Part shown: positions 11,691 to 24,380 of the stretch, piece by piece | Position numbering within the stretch: position 1 is the stretch's first letter | How the letters are laid out: each line of letters begins with the position of its first letter | Source of the DNA: Mobula hypostoma | Lineage: Eukaryota | DNA: 64,000 nucleotides | Reading direction: 5' to 3' | NCBI RefSeq assembly: GCF_963921235.1 | Contig: NC_086108.1 | Coordinates: 105,526,001-105,590,000 of the forward strand | Translations under genes and position numbers: made by a program | Notes under the pieces: generated by a model | What the model was told of the DNA's origin: nothing | The model's input: only the letters and a program-made list of their open reading frames with translations | Databases searched by the model: none

Positions 11691-12624
11691 GGTGAAAATA
11701 TCCCACACAAAGTTTTGCGAAAAGTAACAGGGAAGACATTTGGAGAAAAATTTGCATTGTGGTAACTCAATCAATTCAAACCATACCAAACTCTTTGGAT
11801 GAAGGGCCATTGACCTGATACATTGACCAATCCTCTCCCCACAAATGCTGCATGACCTGTTGAGTATTTCCAACAATTCCAGAAAAGTCAAAGTCCCGTG
11901 ATCGCTGAGCCCTGGGGTTGATACTGATGGTTGAAAATCTAAGTCAGTGAGTCTGGCAGTCTGGTAAGCCTATTAAGAGACGAATCTCAAGGTTGCATAA
12001 TGTATGCATACTTTGATAATAAATGTACTTTGAACTTTAAACTTTGGATTTTGAGACCTGATGGTCAGGGTTCCTGGGATGGCATGTCCAGAGGTTAGAG
12101 GCCCGAGGTCAATGAGTTTGTACCAGGCATTGGAGGTCTGAGTCCTGGAGGTGGCTGTCCTGAGGTTGGAAACCTGTTTGTGTGTGTGAGTGCTTAGTTG
12201 GGTGGGAGGAAGAAAAAGGGTTTGTTTTCTGTTGTTGTTGTTTTGTTTTGTTGTGTTGTTGTTTATTTCGTTTTGCAGAACATTGTGGGCATGCTATTTT
12301 GGTGCTGGTGACACTTGCGGGGTGCCCCCTGCCCATCCTTAGATTGCGTTGGTTGTTAACACAAAGAACATGTTTCACTGTAAATGTTGATGTACTTGTG
12401 ATAAATAAACAAAATCTGATTCAGAATCTGAGTTTTTGTAACAACAAAGAGTTCCTTGGTGTTCCAACTGTTAGAAATTTGACATTAACCTGAAATTGGG
12501 AATATGGACCCACCCCTCAAAGACTTCTTGACGGCTGTAGTCAATAAAAAAAATGTCATATCTGTGACTGATAGATGGTTGTTAACTGAGGTTATTAGAG
12601 GACAGGAACCAAGCTGAGTACATG

Positions 12625-12835
12625 GCATGATTGTGAGTGGTCACAGCTCCAGTGACTCAGGTTCAATTCCCAGCACCGGCTGTAAGGAACTTTTCTGTTC
12701 TCCCTGCATCTCCATGGGTTTCCTCTAGATGCTCCGGTTTCCCTCCACATTCCAAAGGCGTACAGGTTAGTAGATGGCCACGTGGCTGTAATCAGGTGGT
12801 ACGGGATTGTGGCCATGCTGTATCTCTAAATAAAA
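12625..12835 (+). mobile_element. tRNA-headed V-SINE-like (HE1-like) SINE
   Basis: B-box GGTTCAATTCC and central GGGTTTCCTC..GTGCTCCGGTTTCC..CCACA.TCCAAAG domain. Related copies near 13790-13960(-), 15260-15525, 17120-17266, 24698-24980, 25085-25420, 38545-38650(-), 44540-44740 and 54177-54457. Confidence 0.75.
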
Positions 12836-12986
12836 AAAAAGATAAAAATCTGCTGTGGTTTACTTACACACTTATTAGGGCCCAAAAAAAGCCATTTGGC
12901 CCATCCCAGAAATCCCTTTCCATCTTTCTTTCCCTACTACCCCAGTCACATCCCCTTCACGACAGATTTCTTTTATTTGTCACATA

Positions 12987-13678
12987 TTAGGTTAGATTAG
13001 ATTAGATTATGAGGACACTCAGCCCTCGTTTATTGTCATTTAGAAATGCATGCATTAAAAAAAAATGATACAACGTTCCTCCAGAATGATATCACAAGAA
13101 AACGCAGGACAAACCAAGACTAAAACTGACAAAACCACATAATTATAACAGATAGTTACAACAGTGCAAAGCAATACCATAATTTGATAAAGAGCAGACC
13201 ATGGGCACGGTAAAAAACATCTCAAAGTCCCGACAGACTCATCATCTCACGCAGGCAGCAGAAGGGAGAAACTCTCCCTACCATGAACCTCCAAGCGCCG
13301 CCAACTCGCTGATGCAGCACCATAGGAAGCACCCGACCGCAGCGGACTCTGAATCCGTCCGAAAACTTCGAGCCTCCGACCAGTGCCTCCGACACAGCCT
13401 CTCCAAGCACCATCCTCTGCTGAGCACTTCGACCCCGCCCCGGCCGCCGAGCAACAAGCAAAGCCGAGGACTCGGGGCCTTCTCCTCTGGAGATTCTGGG
13501 CCATACAGTAGCAGCAGCAGCGAAGCAGGCATTTCCGAAGTTTCACCAGCTGATCCTCTGTGCTCTCACGTCTGTCTCCATCAAATCAGGATTGTGCACG
13601 GCACCCTACTTGACAAATAACGGACATCACCACCAGAGTGGCTGCTGCAAGCTGCATCGCGCTGCCATCTTCTCCTCC
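12987..13678 (-). mobile_element. ~690-bp non-autonomous retroelement, copy 1
   Basis: End-to-end homology with 28045-28733 and 34274-35939; 5' GGAGAAGATGGC, 3' (AATCT)n tail. Confidence 0.85.
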
Positions 13679-14086
13679 CACCAACTTAAACACCAACATA
13701 TACATAAACATACAGTGAAATATGTTGTTCTGTGTCAAATGAAATCATCGGGGACTGTGCAGGTGGCTCCCCGCTGGTGTTGCCGTGCTTGCGGTGACGA
13801 CACAGCTTGTTCACAACTTATTACCCCTGACCCTTGGGACTGTGGAAGGAAACCGAGCACCCCGAGGAAACTCACAGGATCACGGGGAGAATGTACAAAC
13901 TCGTTATAGGCAGCGGTGGGAATTGAACCCTAATAGTGCTAACTGCTGTGTTACAATGCCACCTTTAGATCCTCTCTTAGTCACAGAGCTATACAGAGAG
14001 AAACAGGCTCTTCGGCCCAGTGCCAGGCAAGTTGCCCATCTGGGCCTAGCCCCATTTGTCCACATTTGGCCCACAAACCTCGAAAC

Positions 14087-14138
14087 CAGGGGTTCCCAAC
14101 CTTTTTTTATGCCACAAGTCCCAGATTGGGAACCCCTG
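14087..14138. mobile_element. 52-bp hAT/Charlie-type mini-MITE within a CR1 fragment (~13975-14620, minus)
   Basis: Perfect 13-bp TIRs CAGGGGTTCCCAA / TTGGGAACCCCTG. Confidence 0.75.
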
Positions 14139-14721
14139 CAAACCCTTCCCTTCAACACACCTGTCCAGATGTCTTTTTATGCCATAATGGTATCCACTTC
14201 TACCACTTTCTCTGGCAGCTTGTTCTGCACACTCACCAGCCTCTGTGTGAAAACATTGTCCCTCAATTCCCTTTAAAACCTTTTCCTTCTTACTTTAATC
14301 TATTCCCTCTACTTTTGGACTTCCATCTGGGGAAAAGACTGTGAACATTCTCCTTTTGTCTGCCCCTCAAAATTTTATAAACGTTTCATATACCCTCTCA
14401 GTTGGCTTCACTCCAAGGAAGTTCCAAACCTTTTGACCATCTGAGAATTCAAACCCCCCCCAGTCCTGATAATATCCTAAAAAATCTTTTTTTTTTTGCA
14501 CCTTGTCTAGTTTAATGACAGCTTTCCAATATCACGGTGATCAGAATTGTACGTGGTACTCCAAATATGGCCTTACCAATGTGGTGTCCAGCTGTAACAT
14601 GGCATCCCAACTCCTGCACCATCAAAGGGGTTATCCACACTGGGGGTAGTTATTAGCTAATTAACCTACCAACCTGCAAGGCTTTGGGATGTGGGAGGAA
14701 CTGGAGAACCCAGAGGAAGCC

Positions 14722-15090
14722 AGAAATAAAATTATGTAAGGGATATATAAGGCAGAGGTAGGAACGTTGTTTCCACTGGTAGGTGAATCTAGAACTAAGG
14801 GACATAGCCTCATGATTCAGGTGTGCAGATTTAGGGATGACAATGAGGAGGAACTGCTTTTCCCAGAGAGGGGGTGAATCTGTGCAATTTTCTGCCCAAT
14901 GAAGCGGTGGCGGGTACTTCAGTAAGTATACTTTAGACAATGTTGGATAGATTTTTGCATAGTAGAGGAATTAATGGTTATGGGAAAAAAGGCAGAGATG
15001 AGTCCATGGCCATGATCTTATTGAATGGTGGAGCTTGCTTGATGGGCCAGATGGCCTGCTCCTGCTCCTATTTCGTATGTTCTTATGTTC
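14722..15090 (+). mobile_element. CR1 3' fragment
   Basis: RTKGHSL..FSQRG.NL coding tail with a TATGTTCT tail. Confidence 0.8.
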
Positions 15091-15202
15091 TAAAGCTTGT
15101 GAGGCCACAGGAAGAATAGGTCTTCTGACATGATAATGCCAAGGAATAAAGTTACTGACCCTCTCCACTTCTGATCCACTGAGTTCCTCCAGCATATGTT
15201 TG

Positions 15203-15204
<2 letters not shown>

Positions 15205-15240
<36 letters not shown>
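15205..15240. repeat. (TG)n microsatellite grown from a Penelope-end remnant
   Basis: About 17 TG units directly after CTGAGTTCCTCCAGCATATG, which matches Penelope terminal sequence. Confidence 0.8.
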
Positions 15241-15242
<2 letters not shown>

Positions 15243-15388
15243 TATGTTGTCCATAGGTTGCTGTGGTAGTGTCATGGTTAGTGCGATGCTGTTACACCTC
15301 AGGGTATTTCAGATTCGGAGTTTAATTCTGGCGCCATCCGTAAGGGGTATATACATTCTCCACGCGGTCACACGGGTTTCCTCTGGGT

Positions 15389-15460
15389 TAAGGGTTCACA
15401 ACAAGGGGTCCACAGCCCCCTTGTATTGGTCCATGGCATAAAGTAGGCTGGGAACCCCTG
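15389..15460. mobile_element. hAT/Charlie-type mini-MITE inside a SINE
   Basis: Ends GGGAACCCCTG; 8-bp TSD CTCTGGGT / CTTTGGGT (7 of 8 match). Confidence 0.75.
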
Positions 15461-15525
15461 CTTTGGGTTCTCCAGTTTCCTCCCACAGTCCAAACGCATA
15501 CCGATTAGTAGGTTAATTGATTATT

Positions 15526-16290
15526 GTTGCTACATGCTCAAGGAGATCTGTGTTTTTTTTTGTGAGAATGATGTAATGGTCTTTTGGAGGTAACCTGATA
15601 TGATTTTCCCGCTGATGTGAGGTCATGTGATTTCATGTGCACCAAGGGTATATAAGGGAAGACACCAGATGACGCAGTTCATTTTTAGTTTGTAGATTTC
15701 CAGGTAGAATGTGCTGTGTCTCCATTTCTGTTGTGTGCTTGTTCTTGTGACGCAGTTTCATTTTTAAAATGGAGTGTTGCGTTCCATTGTAAGATACAAT
15801 ATTATTGGACTGGAAATTGTTAGCTAGATGTGCTGATCTACTCAATTCCAACAGTAGAAGGGAGAGCGAAGAATTTATCGAAGTACAGGATCGAAGGATC
15901 GAGAGGAGTCGGCATCGTTTGGCAGTTTAATAAAGGATCGACCTTACTGAGTCTTTGTTGGAGGAGTAGCGACCTGCATCGAGATAACTCTTACCAAAAA
16001 GAGCAAAGAGTTCATGCAAAGGTATGCTGTCTGTAAAAGAATTTAAGGTCAGTTGGTTTAAGCTGTTTATTTACCGCCACGTGAATTCTGTGGACAGAAC
16101 CAGCAGGAAAGTTGCGTCTGTGAAGAAATCCTTCTCTGGAGAAGTCTCTCTCAATTGAATGTATTAATCTGTTGGACTTTCGAATTTACCATTTTAAGAA
16201 CTATATCTGACTTTATCACTTTAAGAACTGTTTTCGCATTTAATGCTTTAAGAACCATTGTCGGGTGTTGATTTGGTGAACGGCTTCGTC
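15526..16290 (+). repeat. Probable truncated LTR
   Basis: Starts TGTTG within a SINE; GTCATGTGA and TATATAAG motifs; 3' end lost at a Penelope fragment. Confidence 0.4.
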
Positions 16291-16291
16291 T

Positions 16292-16380
16292 TGAAGGGTC
16301 TCGGCCTGAAACGTCGACTGTACCTCTTCCTAGAGATGCTGCCTGGCCTGCTGCGCTCACCAGCAACTTTGATGTGTGTT
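16292..16380 (+). mobile_element. Penelope terminal fragment beginning inside the hammerhead core
   Basis: TGAAGGGTCTCGGCCTGAAACGTCGACTG...; the CTGA half of the core is absent. Confidence 0.85.
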
Positions 16381-17361
16381 CCCTGATTATGTTAGCTGCT
16401 TTCCCGAACTGTGTGATTTCAATGTCAGTAAAGTACAGGTTCAGGGGCTGTATGGTCCCTATCTGTTCCTACACACTCAGTAAGACTTTGTGATGCAAAT
16501 TCACCCTTTTCATTCTCTTGCTTGCATACAGCAAGTAGGCTATCTCAAAGCCAAAAGGGATAAGGAGACTCATTCCCAGCAAATAATAGCTGTGAAAGGA
16601 CTTCCAAGCTGGTTCAAAGACTTCACTCTTGAACTCCTTTTGTTGTTACAAACAGCATCTCAAATACAGCTCCTGTTTCGAGGTGCTAGTAGCAATGCTT
16701 CCTACACACATCCAATTAAAAGGAAGAAAGAAGTATAATGAAGACAATTTGTTGTCAGAAAAGTAGGAACGCTTTGTACATCCCAAGGAGTGAGAGGCTC
16801 GTCAAGATGCAGACGGGCTCCTTTCGATTGAAGGTGCAGTGGTGCCGAAGGAAATCAAGGCAGAGAAAAAAAAATTATTCCTTTGATCAAAGACACAGCC
16901 TGTACCTTAACATAAATAATACAAGCGATTCACTTTGCTACACAGCTGGAACTGCATCTGGCTGATTTCCCAAAATATAAGACAATAAGACTGAGGAGCA
17001 GAATTAGGCCATTCAGCCCATCAAATCTGCTCTGCAATTGAATCATTGCTGATTTATTACCCCTCTCAACTCCCTCCACCTTTTCTTCTGCCTTCTCCCT
17101 GTAATCTTTGAGACCCTGACGGTAGTGTAGTGGTTGGCACAACACTTTACAGTACTGGTGACCCAGATTCAATTCCACTACTGTCTGTAAGGAGTTTGTA
17201 CGTTCTCCCCATGGACGCCAGTGTTTCCTCTGGTTGCTCCGATTTCCTCCCACAGTCCAAAGACATGCACTTACATTACTTCAATTCACTCTAAACATTT
17301 CTTTTGCATATATCTGTCCAAATGTCCTTAAAATATTGTCAATACACCTCCCTCAGCCATC

Positions 17362-20175
17362 TAATCATTATGATATAGTTGGGATCACAGAGACATGGCT
17401 CCAGGGTGACCAGGGATGGGAGCTCAACGTTCAGGGATATTCAATATTCAGGAGGGATAGACATGAAGGAAGGGGAGGTGGGGTGACGTTGCTGGTTAAA
17501 GATGAGATTAACGCAATAGAAAGGAAGGACATAAGCCGGGAAGATGTGGAATCGATATGGGTAGAGCTGCGTAACACTAAGGGGCAGAAGACGCTGGTGG
17601 GAGTTGTGTACAGGCCACCTAACAGTAGTAGTGAGGTCGGAGATGGTATTAAACAGGAAATTAGAAATGCGTGCAATAAAGGAACAGCAGTTATAATGGG
17701 TGACTTCAATCCACATGTAGACTGGGTGAACCAAATTGGTAAAGGTGCTGAGGAAGAGGATTTCTTGGAATGTATGCGGGATGGTTTTTTGAACCAACAT
17801 GTCGAGGAACCAACTAGAGAGCAGGCTATTCTGGACTGGGTTTTGAGCAATGAGGAAGGGTTAATTAGCAATCTTGTCGTGAGAGGCCCCTTGGGTAAGA
17901 GTGACCATAATATGGTGGAATTCTTCATTAAGATGGACAGTGACATAGTTAATTCAGAAACAAAGGTTCTGAACTTAAAGAGGGATAACTTTGAAGGTAT
18001 GAGACGTGAATTAGCTAAGATCGACTGGCAAATGACACTTAAAGGATTGACAGTGGATATGCAATGGCAAGCATTTAAAGGTTGCATGGATGAACTACAA
18101 CAATTGTTCATCCCAGTTTGGCAAAAGAATAAATCAAGGAAGGTAGTGCATCCGTGGCTGACAAGAGAAATTAGGGATAGTATCAATTCCAAAGAAGAAG
18201 CATACAAATTAGCCAGAGAAAGTGGCTCACCTGAGGACTGGGAGAAATTCAGAGTTCAGCAGAGGAGGACAAAGGGCTTAATTAGGAAGGGGAAAAAAGA
18301 TTATGAGAGAAAACTGGCAGGGAACATAAAAACTGACTGTAAAAGCTTTTATAGATATGTAAAAAGGAAAAGACTGGTAAAGACAGAAACAGGTGAATTG
18401 ATTATGGGGAGCAAGGACATGGCAGACCAATTGAATAATTACTTTGGTTCTGTCTTCACTAAGGAGGACATAAATAATCTTCCAGAAATAGTAGGGGACA
18501 GAGGGTCCAGTGAGATGGAGGAACTGAGCGAAATACATGTTAGTAGGGAAGTGGTGTTAGGTAAATTGAAGGGATTGAAGGCAGATAAATTCCCAGGGCC
18601 AGATGGTCTGCATCCTAGAGTGCTTAAGGAAGTAGCCCAAGAAATAGTGGATGCATTAGTGATAATTTTTCAAAACTCATTAGATTCTCGACTAGTTCCT
18701 GAGGATTGGAGGGTGGTTAATGTAACCCCACTTTTTAAAAAAGGAGGGAGAGAGAAACCGGGGAATTATAGACCGGTTAGCCTAACGTCGGTGGTGGGGA
18801 AACTGCTGGAGTCAGTTATCAAAGATGTGATAATAGCACATTTGGAAAGCGGTGAAATCATCGGACAAAGTCAGCATGGATTTGTGAAAGGAAAATCATG
18901 TCTGACGAATCTCATAGAATTTTTTGAGGATGTAACTAGTAGAGTGGATAGGGGAGAACCAGTGGATGTGGTATATTTGGATTTTCAAAAGGCTTTTGAC
19001 AAGGTCCCACACAGGAGATTAGTGTGCAAACTTAAAGCACACGGTATTGGGGGTAAGGTATTGATGTGGATGGAGAATTGGTTAGCAGACAGGAAGCAAA
19101 GAGTGAAAATAAACGGGACTTTTTCAGAATGGCAGGCGGTGACTAGTGGGGTACCGCAAGGCTCAGTGCTGGGACCCCAGTTGTTTACAATATATATTAA
19201 TGACTTGGATGAGGAAATTAAATGCAGCATCTCCAAGTTTGCGGATGACACGAAGCTGGGTGGCAGTGTTAGCTGTGAGGAGGATGCTAAGAGGATGCAG
19301 AGTGACTTGGATAGGTTGGGTGAGTGGGCAAATTCATGGCAGATGCAATTTAATGTGGATAAATGTGAAGTTATCCACTTTGGTGGCAAAAATAGGAAAA
19401 CAGATTATTATCTGAATGGTGGCCGATTAGGAAAAGGGGAGGTGCAACGAGACCTGGGTGTCATTATACATCAGTCATTGAAAGTGGGCATGCAGGTACA
19501 GCAGGCGGTGAAAAAGGCGAACGGTATGCTGGCATTTATAGCGAGAGGATTCGAGTACAGGAGCAGGGAGGTACTACTGCAGTTGTACAAGGCCTTGGTG
19601 AGACCACACCTGGAGTATTGTGTGCAGTTTTGGTCCCCTAATCTGTGGAAAGACATCCTTGCCATAGAGGGAGTACAAAGAAGGTTCACCAGATTGATTC
19701 CTGGGATGGCAGGACTTTCATATGAAGAAAGACTGGATGAACTGGGCTTGTACTCGTTGGAATTTAGAAGATTGAGGGGGGATCTGATTGAAACGTATAA
19801 AATCCTAAAGGGATTGGACAGGCTAGATGCAGGAGGATTGTTCCCGACGTTGGGGAAGTCCAGAACAAGGGGCCACAGTTTGAGGATAAAGGGGAAGCCT
19901 TTTAGGACCGAGATTAGGAAAAACTTCTTCACACAGAGAGTGGTAAATCTGTGGAATTCTCTGCCACAGGAAACAGTTGAGGCCAGTTCATTGGCTATAT
20001 TTAAGAGGGAGTTAGATATGGCCCTTGTGGCTACGGGGATCAGGGGGTATGGAGGGAAGGCTGGCGTGGGGTTCTGAGTTGGATGATCAGCCATGATCAT
20101 AATAAATGGCGGTGCAGGCTCGAAGGGCCGAATGGCCTACTCCTGCACCTATTTTCTATGTTTCTATGTTTCTAT
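17362..20175 (+). mobile_element. Young CR1 LINE, 5'-truncated, ORF2 open to its stop at 20077 (APE endonuclease plus RT)
   Basis: ITETWL, YRPP, GDFN, SDH, YRPVSLTS, DFQKAFD, GVPQGSVLGP and FADD in one frame; (TTTCTATG)n tail. Near-identical to 58760-61576. Confidence 0.97.
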
Positions 20176-20509
20176 CTCCTCTGGTAGCTCAGATCACCAT
20201 CTGTGTGAAAGAGTTGCTTCTCCGGTCTCTTTTCAATCTTTCACCTCTCACCATAAGCCTTCGCCCTCTAATTTTCATTTCCCCTTCCCTGGGAAAAAGG
20301 TTGTGTGCATCCACCCTTATACACTCCAGTAATGTCACCTCTCATTCTTGTTGCAAGAGATGGTAAAGAACGAAGGACAAGATATAAGAATTCTATAAAA
20401 GGTAGAAGATGGAGGTATGGAGAAAGCTTTATTTTATTCTGAGACCAGTTCTCATCTGCACCCAGGTAATGGAAGTGTTTCTGGTGCCCTGTCCGCTCCT
20501 TGGACACCC

Positions 20510-20840
20510 ATAAGAAACCGCTCCACTTGTCTAACTTGGTAATTTCTACCCTTCCCATTCTCTCTTTTTCCATTCCCCATTCTGCCTCTTCTCTTACCCC
20601 TTCTCTTCTCCCCACCTGCTCATCATCTCTGGTGCCCCTCCTCCTTCCCTTTCTCCTATGGTCCACCCTCCTCCCCTATCAGATTCCTTCTTCTTCAGCC
20701 CTTCATGCGTCTTTTCCAACTATCATCTTCCAACTTCTCTTGTCATCCGCCTCTCAACCACCCACCTGGCTTGCCCAAAATGTCGACTGTATTCCTCTCC
20801 ATAGATGCAGCCTGACCTCCAGCATTTGTGTGTGTTGCTT
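20510..20840 (+). mobile_element. Degraded Penelope 3'UTR/pLTR
   Basis: Pyrimidine-rich UTR followed by AAAATGTCGACTG..ATAGATGCAGCCTGACC..GTGTGTTGC. Confidence 0.7.
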
Positions 20841-22069
20841 CTGTGCTTTGTTTTCTTCCTCAAATCACAGTTTAAGGCATATCCTTTGGACCAGGATGTT
20901 GGTTCTCTGTCTTAAAGTCTCCTTTTGTAGCTTACTATATTTTTTCGCTCTTTCATGATGCTGCAGTGAAGTGGCTTGAGGTGATTTTGCTAATTATAGA
21001 TGCTCCACTAAAAATGTACAGATGAGTAGGTTAATTGACGACTGCAAATTTTCCTAGTGTGTCGGTTTGTGGTAGAATCTGGGGAATTTTGTTGTGAGGG
21101 GAGTGGGAGTTAATGTGAATGTAAATTCACTGATAACACAACTAAAACTCTGAATGCGTGTTTCCGTCTCCTGTACCTCCTCCTTGATCGTAGTAATGAG
21201 CAGAGGGTACGTCCCTGTTGGTGGGATCCTTAATGATGGGCTACCTCAATGCACTGTCATAATGAAATTATCTATACGGACAGTATGCAAAGTGAGTTTT
21301 TCACAGCAACACACACAAAATGCTGGAGGAACTCACAGGCCAGGCAGCATCTATGGAAAAAAGTAAGCAATCGATGTTTCGGCTGAGACCCTTTTCAGGA
21401 CTGGAAGGGAAGGGGGCCGGAGTCAGACTAAGAAGGTGCGGGGAGGGGAGGAAGAAATACTAGATGGCAGGTGATAGGTGAAACCGGGAGAGGAGGAGGG
21501 GGTGAGGTAAAGAGCTGGGAAGTTGATTGGTGGAGAGGTAAAAGGCTGGAGAAGGTAGAAGGCGATGGGAATAAGGGGAAGTGGGAGGAGCACCAGAGGG
21601 AGGTGATGGGCAGGTAAGCAGATAAGGTGAGAGAGGGAAATGGAAGTGGGGAATGGTAATTGGGGGGGGGGGAACAATTGCTGAAAGTTCAAGAAATCAA
21701 TTTTCACGCTATCAGGTTAGAGGCTACCCATACAGAAAATAAGGTGTTGTTCCTCCAACTGAGTGTTGTCACAATGGGGGCATTGGGTATGGACCCAAAT
21801 GCAAGACACAGACACTGAAGTACAAGGAACAGGGCTTGACTAGAGTAGGGACGTGACAGGATAGAGACAAGGAGCAGGGACAAGAATGCAGACTAGGGCT
21901 AGGACAAGGACAAGACAGGGAAACTGGACAAGGAACTATGCACTAGGACCCTGGGCTTGGACTCCGAGCCAGAGACTGGACAAGGACCTAGAACCTGGGC
22001 CTTGCCTCGGGCTCGGGCCCCAGAACCAGGCAAAGACATGACATGACTGCAGGACTGGAGGCTGGGTTC

Positions 22070-22740
22070 TAGAGGCTTGAGGCTTGGAGACAGGCTTGCG
22101 GTCTTGAGGCTTGAGGCTTGGAGACAAGCTTGGGATCTTGAGGCTTGGGGTTTTAAGGCTTGAGGCTTGGAGACAGGCTTGGGGTCTTGGTCTTGAGGCT
22201 TGAGGCTGTAGGCTGGGGTCTTGGTCTTGAGGCTTGAGGCTGCAGGCTGGGGTCTTGGGCTTGAGGCTGCAGGCTGGGGTCTTGGTCTTGAGGCTTGAGG
22301 CTGCAGGCTGGGGTCTTGGTCTTGAGGCTTGAGGCTGCAGGTTGGGGTCTTGGTCTTGAGGCTTGGGGCTGCAGGCTGGGGTCTTGGTCTTGAGGCTTGA
22401 GGTTGGGGTCTTGAGGCTTGAGGCTGCAGGCTGGGGTCTTGGTCTTGAGGCTTGAGGCTGCAGGCTGGGGTCGGTCTTGAGACTTGAGGCTGCAGGCTGG
22501 GGTCTTGGTCTAGAGACTTGAGGCTGCAGGCTGGGGTCTTGGTCTTGAGGCTTGAGGCTGCAGGCTGGGGTCTTGGTCTTGAGGCTTGAGGCTGGGGTCT
22601 TGGTCTTGAGGCTTGAGGCTGCAGGCTGGGGTCTTGGTCTTGAGGCTTGAGGCTGCGGGCTGGGGTCTTGGTCTTGAGGCTTGAGGGTGGGGTCTTGGTC
22701 TTGAGGCTTGAGGCTGCAGGATGGGGTCTTGAGTCTTGAA
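22070..22740. repeat. Minisatellite with 34-bp unit GGTCTTGGTCTTGAGGCTTGAGGCTGCAGGCTGG and shorter variants
   Basis: Period 34 measured directly (22264 to 22298). Confidence 0.95.
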
Positions 22741-22964
22741 ATGTGGAGGCTGATAACTCAGAGGCTGGAGCTCGGAGACAGACTGGGAACTGTACATCAA
22801 CATAGAGCTGGGACTTATCCTTTGAAAAGCCGGGATTCATCTTTAACATGACACTAACATGACACTGGACAGTACATAGACATAGAGCTGGGATCTATCC
22901 TTAGACAAGCCGGGACTCAACTTTATCTCCACACCAAGGTGGAACAGATCCATCCATCAGGTAA

Positions 22965-23200
22965 TGGTAGAACGGCCAGACTTACCCAATAGAGGCAAAG
23001 ACAAGACAAGACAGGTCCCCCCACAGGGAAACGGCAGAACGGCCTGAATTACCCCATGGAGGCAAGGACAAGACAGATTCCCCAGCAGGGCAACGGCAGA
23101 ACAGCCTGATTTACCCCATGGAGGCAAGGACAAGACAGATTCCCCAGCAGGGCAACGGCAGAACAGCCTGATTTACCCCATGGAGGCAAGGACAAGACAA
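22965..23200. repeat. 62-bp tandem repeat, about 3.5 copies
   Basis: ACCCCATGGAGGCAAGGACAAGACA recurs at 23051, 23113 and 23175. Confidence 0.95.
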
Positions 23201-23859
23201 GACAAACACCGAAGAACGACAGACAGTTCCATCTCTGCATCAGGGTTGCTCCGAGTCGCAGTTTGGCCAGCACCAAGGCTGGCTATGGAATTTGCCGGAT
23301 CACTGCCTAGCTTGGAGTGGCTGATGGCCACTCAGCTGACCCAGGAAACATGCGAATCCATACCGCAAAGACGGCTCCAACTACCGACAGCAAGGGTCCA
23401 TGAAGCGATGGTTCTCCAACACAGCCTAAAGATGGCAAGTGGCCGCTCTAGCCTTCCACCGGCAGGTTGCTCCCAGGGAATCCTGACAAGACAAACCAGT
23501 AGCTCACACTCAACCCCAAGGCCACTTATATTCCAATCCCCAAGATGGGAATCAGGTGCCTATGATTATCTCAACCAAAACAAGGGATAGCTGGAAACCT
23601 GGAGTCCTGAGTCCACAGACTGGACCGTGAACCGGAATGCAGTCTTCACGGATCGGACCATGACAAGTGTGGCCTCATTGTGGCAGTAGATGAGGCCATG
23701 AATTGACATATTGGAATGGGAATGGGAGGTAGAATTGAAATGGGTGGCCACCAAGAAACGTCACTTTTTGTAGTGGACAGAGTGAAGGAGCTTGACAAAG
23801 CTTGGCACATGATAATAATAAACCAATTTAGCAATTCTTCAGTGGGTAGTTTAAGAAAG

Positions 23860-24380
23860 TGTATGGTGTGCTGCCCTTCAGTAGTTGGGGGGCTGAGTTC
23901 AAGAGCCTTGAGGTGATGTTGCAGTTTTATCAAACTCTGGTTAGACCACACTTGGAGTATTATTGTTCAGTTCTGGTCACCTCATTATAGGAAAGATGTA
24001 AAAGCTTCAGAAAAGATGCAGAGAAGATTTACCAGGATGTTGACTGGATTAGAGAGCATGTCTTATTATCATAGACTGAATGAGCTAGCTCTTTGGAGCA
24101 AAGGAGGACGTGAGGTGACTTGATAGAGTTGATAGCCAGAGGCTTTTTTCCCAGGGCGGAAATGGCTAATACAAGAGGGCATAATTTGGAGGCAAGTATA
24201 CGGGGGAAGTCTGAGTTAATTTCTTTTCACAGAGTGTTGTGGGTCTGTAAAACTCCTGCCAGCGGTGGTGATAAAGATGCATTAGGGGCATTTAAGAAAC
24301 TCTTGTATAGGAACATGAATGATTGAAAAATGGAGGGTTATGTAGGAGGGAATGCTAGATTGATTTTAGAGTAGGTTAAA
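23860..24380 (+). mobile_element. Old CR1 3' fragment
   Basis: TLVRPHLEY..QFWSPHYRKD and TRGH remnants. Confidence 0.8.

Larger units (their letters stand above)
21767..23665 (-). mobile_element. Solo LTR (1899 bp) inflated by internal tandem repeats
   Basis: TGTCA...TGACA ends; 5-bp TSD AGTGT at 21762-21766 and 23666-23670; TATAA on the minus strand near 23528. Confidence 0.9.
21305..23805 (-). mobile_element. Older Penelope 3' fragment (pLTR plus GIY-YIG C-terminus) split by a solo LTR
   Basis: 21305-21766 holds the pLTR/UTR with a degenerate hammerhead; 23666-23805 resumes with VATHFNSTSHSHSNMSIHGLIYC. Confidence 0.85.

Noticed and set aside
17234..20077. 947-aa ORF as a complete gene
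   Set aside because: The first ~43 codons are SINE and old-repeat sequence fused in frame by chance. There is no ATG start and the endonuclease N-terminal motif is missing.
17431..20100. Long antisense ORFs over CR1 (also at 58830-59468 and 60404-60808)
   Set aside because: They are shadow frames of CR1 ORF2 that recur only because the copies are near-identical.
21899..22849. 316-aa Pro/Gln-rich protein
   Set aside because: It is a product of a stop-free 34-bp minisatellite inside a solo LTR.
22070..23200. CRISPR-like arrays
   Set aside because: The units are contiguous with no unique spacers, there are no cas genes and the context is eukaryotic.
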